From assembly GCA_965231055.1 (NCBI GenBank), contig OZ246411.1:473875-537874 (forward strand): a stretch of DNA of 64,000 nt. Direction: 5' to 3'. Numbering within the stretch: the stretch's first letter is position 1; the number at the start of each line of letters is the position of its first letter. The stretch is from an uncultured Candidatus Saccharibacteria bacterium (GTDB taxonomy: Bacteria; Patescibacteriota; CALEFQ01; G965231055). The notes beneath the pieces were generated by a model, which was given only the letters and a program-made list of their open reading frames with translations, did not search any database and was not told the origin of the DNA. Position numbers and translations under genes: made by a program. Below are positions 46,833-56,540 of this stretch, in pieces.

Positions 46833-48761
46833 ATGTCAAAAATCCTAGGAATCGATCTTGGAACCACTAATTCAGCAATGGCTATTGTTGAAGGAGGTAG
46901 CCCAAAGATTATTGAAAACAAGGAAGGAAATAGAACCACTCCTTCTGTAGTCGCTATAACTTCTTCTGGCGAAAGACTTGTTGGCCAAACTGCCAAAAGA
47001 CAAGCCGTAACCAACGCCCAAAACACTATTTATTCTGCCAAAAGATTTATAGGTCGAAAATTTAGTGATCCAGAAGTTCAAAGAGATAAATCCCTTGTGC
47101 CTTTTGAATTGCGCGAAGGAACAAATGGGGCCGTGGAAGTAAAAATCACAGATAAATGGTATAGACCTGCAGAAATTTCAGCAATGGTTTTGCAAAAACT
47201 TAAAGCTGATGCTGAAGCTCACGTGGGGGAGGAAATAAAAGAAGCCATAATTACTGTTCCTGCCTATTTTGACGATTCGCAAAGACAAGCAACAAAAGAC
47301 GCTGGAAAAATCGCTGGCTTTGATGTAAAAAGAATTATCAACGAACCTACTGCAGCAGCTCTAGCTTATGGCCTTGATAAAAAGAAAGATGAAAAGGTTG
47401 TGGTTTATGATCTTGGTGGTGGAACTTTTGATGTTTCCGTACTTGAACTTGGCAATGAAGAGGGGGAGAAATCAGTTGAAGTACTTGCGACCAATGGAGA
47501 TACACATCTTGGGGGAGATGATTTTGATCAGAGAGTTATTGATTGGCTAGTTTCAGAATTCAAAAAAGATCAGGGAATAGATCTATCAAAAGACCAAACA
47601 GCATTGCAGCGCCTCAAGGAATCAGCAGAAAAAGCCAAGTGCGAACTTTCTACTGCAATTGAAACAGATATCAATCAGCCTTTTATAACCGTGGATTCTT
47701 CTGGTCCAAAACATTTGAATCTAAAATTAACCAGAGCCAAGCTTGAAGAATTGGTTGATGATTTGGTGAAAGGTACGATGAAGCCACTTGAACAAGCATT
47801 ATCAGATGCCAAGCTTTCCAAGTCTGACATAGACGAAATTATCTTGGTCGGAGGTCAAACCAGAATGCCAGCAGTTCAGAAACTAGTTATTGACTATTTT
47901 GGAAAGAAACCAAACCAAAGCATAAATCCTGATGAAGTTGTAGCACTTGGTGCCGCAACTCAAGGTGGAGTGATGAAGGGGGATGTAAAAGATGTTTTGC
48001 TTTTGGATGTGACTCCTTTGTCTCTTGGAATAGAAACGCTTGGTGGAGTTTCAACTAAGCTTATAGAAAAAAATACCACTATTCCTACTTCAAAAACTCA
48101 GATATTTTCTACTGCCGCTGACAATCAGCCATCAGTTGAGATCAATGTGCTTCAAGGCGAGCGCCCTATGGCAACTGACAACAAATCTTTAGGAAGATTT
48201 ATGCTTGATGGTATCCCACCAGCGCCTCGTGGAGTTCCACAGGTAGAAGTGAAATTTGATCTAGATGCAAACGGAATTCTAAATGTCTCGGCAAAAGACA
48301 AGGCAACTGGAAAAGAGCAAAAAATTACAATCACCGCTTCATCCGGACTTAGCGATGAAGAGATTGAAAAAATGAAAAAAGAAGCAGAGATACATGCTGA
48401 TGAGGATAAAAAGAAAAAGGAATTGATTGATGCTAGAAACAATGCCGACTCACTTATTTTCCAAACTGAAAAAGTCTTGAAAGATGCTGGAACAAAAGTG
48501 GGAGATGATATCAAAAAACCAGTCAATGAAAAGTTGGATGCACTAAAAAAGATTAAAGACAAAGATGATACCGAAGCTATAAAAAAAGCTTGCGATGAGC
48601 TTTCAACAGAGATTCAGAAAATAGGAGCCCAGATGTACAAAGATTCAGGCGCCAAGCCAGGAGCGGGGCCAAATCAGCAGGGTAGTGCCACTGGGGGAGA
48701 TAAAAAGAAAGACGACAACAGACCTGTTGAGGGCGAATATGAAGAAGTAAAAAAGAAATAA
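46833..48761 (+). CDS. dnaK: Molecular chaperone DnaK (Hsp70)
   Basis: [32 protein letters not shown] and a C-terminal lid. Confidence 0.95.
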   Translation: MSKILGIDLGTTNSAMAIVEGGSPKIIENKEGNRTTPSVVAITSSGERLVGQTAKRQAVTNAQNTIYSAKRFIGRKFSDPEVQRDKSLVPFELREGTNGAVEVKITDKWYRPAEISAMVLQKLKADAEAHVGEEIKEAIITVPAYFDDSQRQATKDAGKIAGFDVKRIINEPTAAALAYGLDKKKDEKVVVYDLGGGTFDVSVLELGNEEGEKSVEVLATNGDTHLGGDDFDQRVIDWLVSEFKKDQGIDLSKDQTALQRLKESAEKAKCELSTAIETDINQPFITVDSSGPKHLNLKLTRAKLEELVDDLVKGTMKPLEQALSDAKLSKSDIDEIILVGGQTRMPAVQKLVIDYFGKKPNQSINPDEVVALGAATQGGVMKGDVKDVLLLDVTPLSLGIETLGGVSTKLIEKNTTIPTSKTQIFSTAADNQPSVEINVLQGERPMATDNKSLGRFMLDGIPPAPRGVPQVEVKFDLDANGILNVSAKDKATGKEQKITITASSGLSDEEIEKMKKEAEIHADEDKKKKELIDARNNADSLIFQTEKVLKDAGTKVGDDIKKPVNEKLDALKKIKDKDDTEAIKKACDELSTEIQKIGAQMYKDSGAKPGAGPNQQGSATGGDKKKDDNRPVEGEYEEVKKK

Positions 48762-48789
48762 ATAATAATTTAGGCACCGCTTTCACGCG

Positions 48790-49497
48790 GTGCCTTGTGT
48801 AGTTATGGAAATAATTGAGGCAATAAAAATTAGTATTGTATGGATGAGTAATCATGCTTCTTATTTGAGCATTTTTACTTTTCTTTTCGTATTGTTTGGA
48901 TTTTTAGGGATTAGATCTGTTAATGATTTTAAGAAAAAATTTAGAATAAGTAATGCTGGGGCTTTTGATTTGAGCTTCAGTGATAGGTCGATTGATTTTC
49001 ACTTCTCTTTTAGTATTGAAAATAGAAGCAACACCAATATTTTTTTAAAAAGCCCATGCTTAAATATTGAAAGTCCTACTTATTTAAACAAAATCAAGGG
49101 GGAGCCCACATATGTCATTGTCGGATTGCGGGAAATCGATGGTGGATGGAACCTACCTGCTAAATCTGGGTTGAGAGATGTTGTGGTTAAATGCGTAAAT
49201 GTTAGTAGTGTTCGCGGGGATGTTGCTCCAAGTAGCTTTGATGAATTTTTGATTTGGCTGCAAGAGTGCTTTGATGACCATGGTAATTTACCACTAAAAG
49301 TTTTTGTTGAATTTAAGTCCGGCAAGAAATTGTATAAAACCAAGACACTGAAGATTTCAATCAAACAAGCTATATTAAATAGGATAAATAAGGAAAGAAG
49401 TGAAATAAAAGAAGACAATCCCAACAAAAGTGTAATAGAATCAAAAGATAATATTATTAATAAGCTTGAGGAATTTCTAAGAAAAAACTTTTCTTAA
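48790..49497 (+). CDS. Hypothetical protein with an N-terminal TM segment
   Basis: 235-aa ORF; the start is uncertain (alternative ATG at 48844). No recognisable motif. Confidence 0.4.
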   Translation: MPCVVMEIIEAIKISIVWMSNHASYLSIFTFLFVLFGFLGIRSVNDFKKKFRISNAGAFDLSFSDRSIDFHFSFSIENRSNTNIFLKSPCLNIESPTYLNKIKGEPTYVIVGLREIDGGWNLPAKSGLRDVVVKCVNVSSVRGDVAPSSFDEFLIWLQECFDDHGNLPLKVFVEFKSGKKLYKTKTLKISIKQAILNRINKERSEIKEDNPNKSVIESKDNIINKLEEFLRKNFS

Positions 49498-49828
49498 ATC
49501 TTGAGGTCATCCTAATCCTGAGCGTAGCGAAGGGGAATCTTATCTCTCGTCGTCATCCCCGACTTGCTTGCGCAAGCAAGCTTGATCGGGGATCCAGACG
49601 TCGTCACGAAGTGCTTCGCAGAATTACTTTTCGTAACCGAAAAGTAATCAAAAGTTTTCGGGGTGTTCAAGGTCGCTAGTTGCAAAGATATAACACTTCA
49701 TGATTTTCAGAAGGACGCTCCAACAAGCGAACACCCCCGAACCCCCAATTGATACATGAAATAGTGCGTACTTTATTCTTGAGATATGCAATCAAAAAAG
49801 ACCCGTGAGGGCCTTTTTTGGTTGAAAG

Positions 49829-50155
49829 TTAGTAATCTTTCTTCTGGCTTCTGAAACAATCTCTGCAGTAAATTGGCTTTTGTCCATCTGGTTCGAAAGG
49901 AAGTTCTGTGATTTCCTTTCCGCATCCGGAACAAGTCCAGTTACCTTGAAACATTTGTCTCTGTCTTCTTTCTCCGCCGAATCCGCCGCCTCTGCGATCA
50001 TCTCGATCGCCGCGCTTCTTCTGGTGGCAAGCTTTGCAGAATACTGGTCTGTCGCCGCTTGGTTCGAAAGGAAGCTCAGTGATTTGGGCACCGCACTCTG
50101 AGCATGTCCAACTTCCTTGGAACATTTGGCGGTCGCCTCTTGATTGATTGTCCAT
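49829..50155 (-). CDS. Tandem-duplicated CxxC...CxxC zinc-ribbon protein with Arg/Gly/Asp-rich linkers
   Basis: Two near-identical modules: MFQGSWTCSECGAQITELPFEPSGDRPVFCKACHQKK and MFQGNWTCSGCGKEITELPFEPDGQKPIYCRDCFRSQKK. Confidence 0.65.
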   Translation of the reverse strand: MDNQSRGDRQMFQGSWTCSECGAQITELPFEPSGDRPVFCKACHQKKRGDRDDRRGGGFGGERRQRQMFQGNWTCSGCGKEITELPFEPDGQKPIYCRDCFRSQKKDY

Positions 50156-50414
50156 TTTTAATAGACTTTCTGTTTTGATCTAGTCTAACTAACAACTTAT
50201 CGTAAGATATTTGATTTTAAACTAAACAAAACTTAATTAAATTAACTGTGCGTAGTGTACTGCATAATAGCTTTTTTGTCAAATATACGGAGTTTTCAGC
50301 ACTCAGTATTCAGTTTTTAAAGACCCAAAGACTGATGCATATAGTGAATACTGAAAACTGATTGCTGAGTGCCTAGTGCTGACAACTAGGTGTTGATTTG
50401 ATATACTTTTACCT

Positions 50415-51383
50415 ATGAGAAAAAAGACCACAATTGGTATTCCTCGAGCAGGATTTTTTTATCTACATTTTCCTTTCTGGAAGGCTTTTTTTGAGAATTT
50501 AGGTTTTTCTGTTGTTGCAAGTAATCCAACTAACAAAAAGATTTTTTCAGAGGGACTAAAAAAAGCAGAGAGTGAAATCTGTCTTCCCGTAAAAATCTAT
50601 TTTGGGCATGTTTCCTCGCTTATCGGAAAAGTAGATTATATTTTAGCTGAAAGCTATTTAGAATTTTTTGATGATAATCATGAAAAGGGCTGGTCTGAAT
50701 ACATGTGTCCATATTTTGTGGCGATGGTGGATGTATTGAGGGCAAATTTTTCAAACCAAAACTTTTTATCGATAGATATAAAAAGCAAAAATGGTATTTT
50801 TGAGATAGATTCTTTTTACTCGCTTTGTGATGATTTCGGATTCTCAAAAGCCAAGGTGAATAGTGCATATCAAAAGGCAATAGAAAAGCAAGCTGAGTTT
50901 GAAAAAAAGCTTTTGGCAGATAAAAACCCAGTTAATATTATTAATGGCAACAAAGATGAGTGTGTGAATAGTAGAAAAATAGCTGTAGTAGGAAGACCTT
51001 ATGTTTTATACGATACATTTGGAAATGTGGGAATTATAGAAAAACTCAGGGAAAAAGGCTTTGATATAGTAACCAATTACAATTTGTCGCTAAAAACCAA
51101 ACAGGAGTATTTGAAAAAATATGATTTTGATTTCAAGAAGTCTCACTGGTTTATGACCAACGAGCTCATGGGTGCTATTAAATATTTTAGTGAAGACAAA
51201 AGTATCGCAGGAATTCTTTATCTAATACCGTTTAGCTGTGGTCCAGATTCCATGGTGAATCAGCTTATAAAGGAAAAAATAATGGGGAAAAAACCTTTTA
51301 CCACAATATCGGTAGACGAGTCTTCTGGCGATGCCGGTATTATGACTAGGCTAGAAGCATTTATAGATATCTTAGGAAAATAA
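50415..51383 (+). CDS. DUF2229-type protein (acyl-CoA dehydratase-component-like)
   Basis: N-terminal IGIPRAGFFYLHFPFWKAFFENLGFSVVASNPTNKKIF...EICLPVKIYFGH, the DUF2229 signature. Confidence 0.65.
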   Translation: MRKKTTIGIPRAGFFYLHFPFWKAFFENLGFSVVASNPTNKKIFSEGLKKAESEICLPVKIYFGHVSSLIGKVDYILAESYLEFFDDNHEKGWSEYMCPYFVAMVDVLRANFSNQNFLSIDIKSKNGIFEIDSFYSLCDDFGFSKAKVNSAYQKAIEKQAEFEKKLLADKNPVNIINGNKDECVNSRKIAVVGRPYVLYDTFGNVGIIEKLREKGFDIVTNYNLSLKTKQEYLKKYDFDFKKSHWFMTNELMGAIKYFSEDKSIAGILYLIPFSCGPDSMVNQLIKEKIMGKKPFTTISVDESSGDAGIMTRLEAFIDILGK

Positions 51384-51384
51384 A

Positions 51385-52491
51385 ATGAAAATAACTTCGT
51401 TTCCAGCTCTAAATACTCATATAGCATTCAAAGTCCTAATTGAATGGATTGGACATGATTTTGTTGAACCTGAAAAGCTAAATTTCAACATGCTTAAGTG
51501 GGGTTCTAGATATATTTCTGAGTATTCTTGTTTGCCATGCAAAGGTTATGGCGGATTTTATGAATCTTGTAGGCAAAAGGGGATTGATGCGGTGATTATG
51601 TTTGGGACAAGGGATGTGAGAGCTTGTAGATACAATGAAATAGGGGATGGATATTTGCATGAGGTAAAGAAAGAAAACAAAGGTTTTAAAATTATTTATT
51701 GGGGTGGATTTGGTAAAAAGAGCGCGATCTCGTGTCTTCAAACACTTTCTGATTCTGGGAAAAATCCTATCAAAATTACTTTCGCTAAACTTGCTTATGC
51801 CAGTCTTCTTTTTGCCAATGTTTTGGACTTGGTTGACTATGTGGAGCAAGAGGCGAATAGATTACGTCCGAGAGAAAAAAATAAAGGTGAAATTGATAAA
51901 TGGTTAAAATGGTCTTTAGATAGAGCTAAAAAAGAGATAAAAACTATTAAAGATGCTAAAAATCTCAGAAAAGAAATAGAAATAAAAAAGAAGCAAATCC
52001 CAATTGAACTAAATAAAAAAATCCCCAGAGTTATTTTTGTGGGAGATTTATTCAAAGTGCACGAAGATTTTTATCATTTTGACAGCTTTAGAAAATCTAG
52101 TGAAATAGGGCTTGAGATAGTGAGAACTATAAATTTTTCTGATATATTTAGAGCAATAAACAAAATACCTCCTCTTGCCAAAGAAAAAACTGCAAAATAT
52201 AGAACCAAGCTTTCAAAAAAATACCTTCACACCATTCCTGCTTCCTATTTGGATTGGACTGTGGGAGACTTGGTTCATGAATGTAAAAATGAAAAAGTAG
52301 ATGGTATAATTCACTTCCAGACTTTTAATTGTATGCCGGATATTATCCTAAAATCCGTAATAGATAAAATAGCTAGGGATTATAAAAAGCCGATAATGCA
52401 TTTTATGCGAGATGAGCATTCATCTGACACTGGCTACATGACTAGATTAGAGGCCTTTGCAGATCTTATAAAAAGCAATTCAATAAAATAA
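51385..52491 (+). CDS. Second DUF2229/HgdB-like dehydratase-component-like protein
   Basis: Paralogous architecture. Conserved Cys residues (SEYSCLPCKGYGGFYESC; FQTFNCMPD) are compatible with iron-sulfur ligation. The gene is tightly packed, starting 1 nt after the upstream stop. Confidence 0.55.
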   Translation: MKITSFPALNTHIAFKVLIEWIGHDFVEPEKLNFNMLKWGSRYISEYSCLPCKGYGGFYESCRQKGIDAVIMFGTRDVRACRYNEIGDGYLHEVKKENKGFKIIYWGGFGKKSAISCLQTLSDSGKNPIKITFAKLAYASLLFANVLDLVDYVEQEANRLRPREKNKGEIDKWLKWSLDRAKKEIKTIKDAKNLRKEIEIKKKQIPIELNKKIPRVIFVGDLFKVHEDFYHFDSFRKSSEIGLEIVRTINFSDIFRAINKIPPLAKEKTAKYRTKLSKKYLHTIPASYLDWTVGDLVHECKNEKVDGIIHFQTFNCMPDIILKSVIDKIARDYKKPIMHFMRDEHSSDTGYMTRLEAFADLIKSNSIK

Positions 52492-52500
52492 TTTTAAAAT

Positions 52501-53445
52501 ATGTTTCTTGGAGTAGATGTGGGATCAGTTTCATGCAACTTTGTTCTTATAGATGAAAAGGGCAAAGTAGTTTTTAAGTCTTATGAAAGAACAAAAGGAG
52601 ATCCGGTGAACTCCATAAAACTATCTCTTGAGAAACTCCAAAAAAGTTTCCCTAATGCTACTATCAAGGGCGTTGCAACTACGGGAAGTGGAAGAAAACT
52701 AGCGGGAGCCGTGTTGGGAGCTGATTTAGTGAAAAACGAGATTACTACACACGCCACTGCTTCGGTACATTCAATTCCAGATGTGAAAACCGTGCTTGAG
52801 ATAGGTGGTCAGGATTCAAAGATTATTATTATTCGCGATGGACAAGTGGTTGATTTTGCTATGAATACGGTTTGCGCTGCCGGTACTGGATCATTTTTGG
52901 ATCAGCAGTGCGGAAGACTAGGGATAAAAATAGATGATTTTGGAGATATGGCCCTGGCATCAAAAAGTGATGTGAGTATCGCTGGCAGATGCACTGTTTT
53001 TGCTGAGTCAGATATGATTCACAAACAACAATTTGGCGCAAAGAAGGAAGATATCATAAGAGGACTTTGCGAGTCCTTGGTTCGAAACTACATGAACAAT
53101 GTTGGTAAGGGTAAGGAAATTTTGGAACCGATTGTTTTTCAGGGTGGAGTAGCGGCCAATAAAGGAATTATTAAAGAGTTTGAAAAAGAAATAGGTAAAA
53201 AGGTTACTGTGCCAGAGAATTTTGATGTGATGGGGGCTCTTGGTTCCGCGCTTTTGGTAAAACAGCTTAATCCTCAACATACCAAATTCAAGAGCTTTAA
53301 TATTCTCAAAATAGATTATAAAAGTTCTTCTTTTAAATGCACTGATTGTGCCAATCATTGCGAGGTTGCAGAGCTAAAAGAAGGAGAAAAAATTATCGCG
53401 AGATGGGGAGATAGGTGTGGTAAATGGAGTAGCAAAATATCATAG
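52501..53445 (+). CDS. BadF/BadG/BcrA/BcrD-family ATPase (acyl-CoA dehydratase activase / CoA-substrate-specific enzyme activase)
   Basis: ASKHA-fold motifs (FLGVDVGSVSCNFVLIDEKG; GVATTGSGRKLAG; LEIGGQDSKIII) and a C-terminal Cys pair (CTDCANHC). Confidence 0.8.
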   Translation: MFLGVDVGSVSCNFVLIDEKGKVVFKSYERTKGDPVNSIKLSLEKLQKSFPNATIKGVATTGSGRKLAGAVLGADLVKNEITTHATASVHSIPDVKTVLEIGGQDSKIIIIRDGQVVDFAMNTVCAAGTGSFLDQQCGRLGIKIDDFGDMALASKSDVSIAGRCTVFAESDMIHKQQFGAKKEDIIRGLCESLVRNYMNNVGKGKEILEPIVFQGGVAANKGIIKEFEKEIGKKVTVPENFDVMGALGSALLVKQLNPQHTKFKSFNILKIDYKSSSFKCTDCANHCEVAELKEGEKIIARWGDRCGKWSSKIS

Positions 53446-53462
53446 AAACTAATTTCTCTAAT

Positions 53463-55346
53463 TTGAATACAGAAACAATAAAAAAGATTCTTGTTTCCAT
53501 TTGTTTGGGAGCTTTTTTATCTGTGATTGTTTTTGATATTTGCACGGCGTATAAAGAAAACTCCATTACTTTTACTTTTGGTGCTATCGCTATGTTTTTT
53601 GTTATGGCGATATGCGTTTTTGGAAAAATAAAATGGCGTGAGTTTGCTTTGTCTTTCGGTGCCACGTTAATTATCTATTGCTTTAATTGGGTAGCTGAAA
53701 AGGGTTTTATCGGAGACTCTTTTGTTTTTCTTAAAAATCCATTGGTAATTATTTGTCTCTCAATAGCTCTAGCATTTCCACTTGCTAGATTATTTAAAGC
53801 CAATAAAATTGCGGTTTTGCTTGGGGGGAGACATGGTTTTTATATAGCACTCAGTATTTCGATTTTGCTTTCTTTGTTTTATGGAATTTTGAGTTTACTT
53901 AGACATTTCGGATTTGAGAGTCATGCATATGATTTTGGGATATTTGATCAGGCTATTTTTATGCTTTCAAAATTTCAGTTACCAGCTTCAACGGTAAGGC
54001 AGTTTGGTAATTTATTTTTTGATCATCAACATTTTGCTATAGCGATACTTGCTCCATTGTATTTTTTGGGAGATGGATTTAGGGGAGTTGCACTCTCTCT
54101 TTTTACGCCATTTCTGCTGATTACTTTTCCTAGTCTGATTTTATATAGAACTATTCTTGGTGTTGCTAAAATATTCAAAATTAATTTTGTTTGCAAACCC
54201 TATTGGCTGATAATTTTGAGTTCATTCTTTTTAGCTATACATCCATTTACTCAGTCTGCGATAGCCTTCTTTTTTCATGAAAAATATCTGATGCCAGTGT
54301 TTTTTAGCCTTGCTTTGATGTTTTTCGTGCTTTATTTGGAAAAGCGAAAGGTGAGATATTGGTTTTTGGGAATGATTTCTTTGGCTCTTTGGTTGATGAT
54401 TAAAGAGGATCAATGGATTTTTATTTTGGCTTTTGCGATGACGATTTTGTTTTGGCTCTTGTTCCTCATTAAAAAGAAGGTGATCGTATTAAATAAGCTA
54501 GCTATTGCTTTTTGTCTTGTGGCCGTTGTTATTAGTTCTTTTTATGGCTTATTCTTTCTGCCACGCTTTCAATCTTTGGGTGCGAACAATCAATACAATA
54601 GGGAGTTTGAAGAATCATCATTGGCATTTTTTACCTTTATCAAAAATGGAAATGCTAGTGAGTTTTTTGAAAAGATTCATTGGAACGAAGACGTTAAAAA
54701 GTACATGTATCAGAACTTTTTGGTTTTTGATCTTGGTGGCGTTGCGGTATTTCCACTTAATACACTTGGAAATTACGCTGAAAGAATTTTTGCAAAAACT
54801 CACTCGTATCGCAATCCTATATTTCATCACGGAGTTGATGTACCCATTTATACTATTTCGGGCGCGCTTTTGATTTATATCTGGTTATTAAAAACTAAAA
54901 ATAGCAAAGCCTTGGTTTTTGTTGCTTTTTTTGCAATGAGTTCTTTTTTGGGGTTTGAGAGTATTCTCGGCTGGAATAATGTTTATTACTTTGCTCTTGA
55001 GAGCAAGTCAGTTGTTTCCAATTATAAAAATACCAAAACCGAAAGACTTGAGTTTTATTCTATTTCAGAAAAAATTCCCAAAGATGCTTCTGTTGTGACT
55101 AGTGAGTATTATTTACCACACCTGAGTGCGAGAGAAGATATAGCGTCATGGCCTGATCTCGCAAATCTTGACGAGGGAGCAAGGGGAAAAATTGATTTCA
55201 CCTCTTTTGAATACTGGTTACTTCCCAAGCGAAGACTAAGGGGTGCTGAAAATATTAATTTTGGAGAAAAAATAATGAAACTAAAAAACTCCGATTATGG
55301 AGTTGTAGCTGAGAATGATTTTCAGATTCTACTGCGTAAGAAATAA
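53463..55346 (+). CDS. Large polytopic membrane protein, possibly a glycosyltransferase-like membrane enzyme
   Basis: 627-aa ORF with more than 10 predicted TM helices and a C-terminal soluble region. Any family assignment is unsupported. Confidence 0.5.
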   Translation: MNTETIKKILVSICLGAFLSVIVFDICTAYKENSITFTFGAIAMFFVMAICVFGKIKWREFALSFGATLIIYCFNWVAEKGFIGDSFVFLKNPLVIICLSIALAFPLARLFKANKIAVLLGGRHGFYIALSISILLSLFYGILSLLRHFGFESHAYDFGIFDQAIFMLSKFQLPASTVRQFGNLFFDHQHFAIAILAPLYFLGDGFRGVALSLFTPFLLITFPSLILYRTILGVAKIFKINFVCKPYWLIILSSFFLAIHPFTQSAIAFFFHEKYLMPVFFSLALMFFVLYLEKRKVRYWFLGMISLALWLMIKEDQWIFILAFAMTILFWLLFLIKKKVIVLNKLAIAFCLVAVVISSFYGLFFLPRFQSLGANNQYNREFEESSLAFFTFIKNGNASEFFEKIHWNEDVKKYMYQNFLVFDLGGVAVFPLNTLGNYAERIFAKTHSYRNPIFHHGVDVPIYTISGALLIYIWLLKTKNSKALVFVAFFAMSSFLGFESILGWNNVYYFALESKSVVSNYKNTKTERLEFYSISEKIPKDASVVTSEYYLPHLSAREDIASWPDLANLDEGARGKIDFTSFEYWLLPKRRLRGAENINFGEKIMKLKNSDYGVVAENDFQILLRKK

Positions 55347-55664
55347 ATATTGCCAATTTTCTAGAAATGAAAAGGCCCGCGAGTGGTAGATGGTGAAGAG
55401 AAAGAGTGTAGATGTGATTTTGAGAAATGTTTTGTGTTATCCAGAGGATAACGACAATGTCCGAATTGGACTAATTTCTTTAGATCAACGATCTAGCCTT
55501 TTCTTTTACCCCACAAACGCGGAGCCTGTTTCTAATGATTCCGAAGAATCAACTTGGATGCGAGACTTCTCTCTCATCCAGGGTTATAATTATACTCTCT
55601 TTATAAAAAATGTCAATAGATCTTCGAGGTAGGTGATTAGTTAAATTATTGGTATAATTAAAAC

Positions 55665-56540
55665 ATGGTAATTACTTCCGGAAAAATAAAAACGAGGTGT
55701 TTTGATTTGGATAAGACTCTTGATTCAGGGCAGTGTTTTAGGTGGAAAAAAGTAGGAAAAAAATGGGAAGGTATAATAGGAGATGAATTTTGGGCAATAT
55801 GGCAAGTAAAAAATATTCTATTCTACAAAATATTTTCCGGAACGAAACCCAAAAAACCAAAAGAAAAGATAGTCAGCTACTTTAATCTTGATAAAGATTA
55901 TGAAAAAATATTGTCCAAGATAGCGATAGATGATGTTATGACTCAAGCTGTCAGTTTCTCCAAAGGAATGAGGATTTTGGACCAAGACTTTTTTGAGGTG
56001 CTAGTGTCTTTTGTGATTTCTCAAAATAGCAATATACCAAAAATAAAATCTTCCATAGAAAAGCTCTGTGTAAAATTTGGAAAAAAGATTATTTTTTCTG
56101 GCAAAACTTATTGCACCTTTCCTTTGCCAAATGCACTGGCAGATGCAAAAATTTCAGAGATAAGAATGTGCGGTGTGGGTTTTAGAGATAGATATATTCA
56201 AGGAGTCGCTAGGGCTTTCGCCTCGGGAAGGCTCAAATTGCCTGAACTCAAAATCGCATCACATAAAACTGCACTTGAAAAATTGATATGCTTTACTGGG
56301 ATAGGTCACAAAGTCGCATCGTGTGTTATGTCTTTTGGACTTTCAATGGGCGAAGCTTTTCCAGTTGATGTTTGGGTGGAGCGCGCTATGCATAAGTTTT
56401 ATCCGGAAACACGAAAACTAAAAAAACTTGAAATACCCGAATTCATGCAGGCAAAGTTTGGTAAATACTCAGCGCTAGCCAATTTATATTTATTTGAATA
56501 TATTCGAAAAAATAAAACAAAACCCAATGGAAAAAAATAG
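55665..56540 (+). CDS. ogg: 8-oxoguanine DNA glycosylase / AP lyase, OGG1 type
   Basis: N-terminal LDKTLDSGQCFRW OGG_N signature, and an HhH-GPD motif with the catalytic Lys (FTGIGHKVASCV) and Asp (FPVDVW). Confidence 0.82.
   Translation: MVITSGKIKTRCFDLDKTLDSGQCFRWKKVGKKWEGIIGDEFWAIWQVKNILFYKIFSGTKPKKPKEKIVSYFNLDKDYEKILSKIAIDDVMTQAVSFSKGMRILDQDFFEVLVSFVISQNSNIPKIKSSIEKLCVKFGKKIIFSGKTYCTFPLPNALADAKISEIRMCGVGFRDRYIQGVARAFASGRLKLPELKIASHKTALEKLICFTGIGHKVASCVMSFGLSMGEAFPVDVWVERAMHKFYPETRKLKKLEIPEFMQAKFGKYSALANLYLFEYIRKNKTKPNGKK

Noticed and set aside
49792-50091. Tracked 99-aa ORF on the minus strand overlapping the zinc-ribbon gene
   Set aside because: It is an alternative frame of the same region. 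The other frame, 49829..50155, contains the duplicated CxxC modules and is clearly the real gene.
55390-55632. Tracked 80-aa ORF in the intergenic region before ogg
   Set aside because: It has no RBS or recognisable domain. The region contains an inverted repeat, GTTATCCAGAGGATAAC, and a promoter-like TATAAT for ogg. It is more likely regulatory or spacer DNA, and it is left unannotated.
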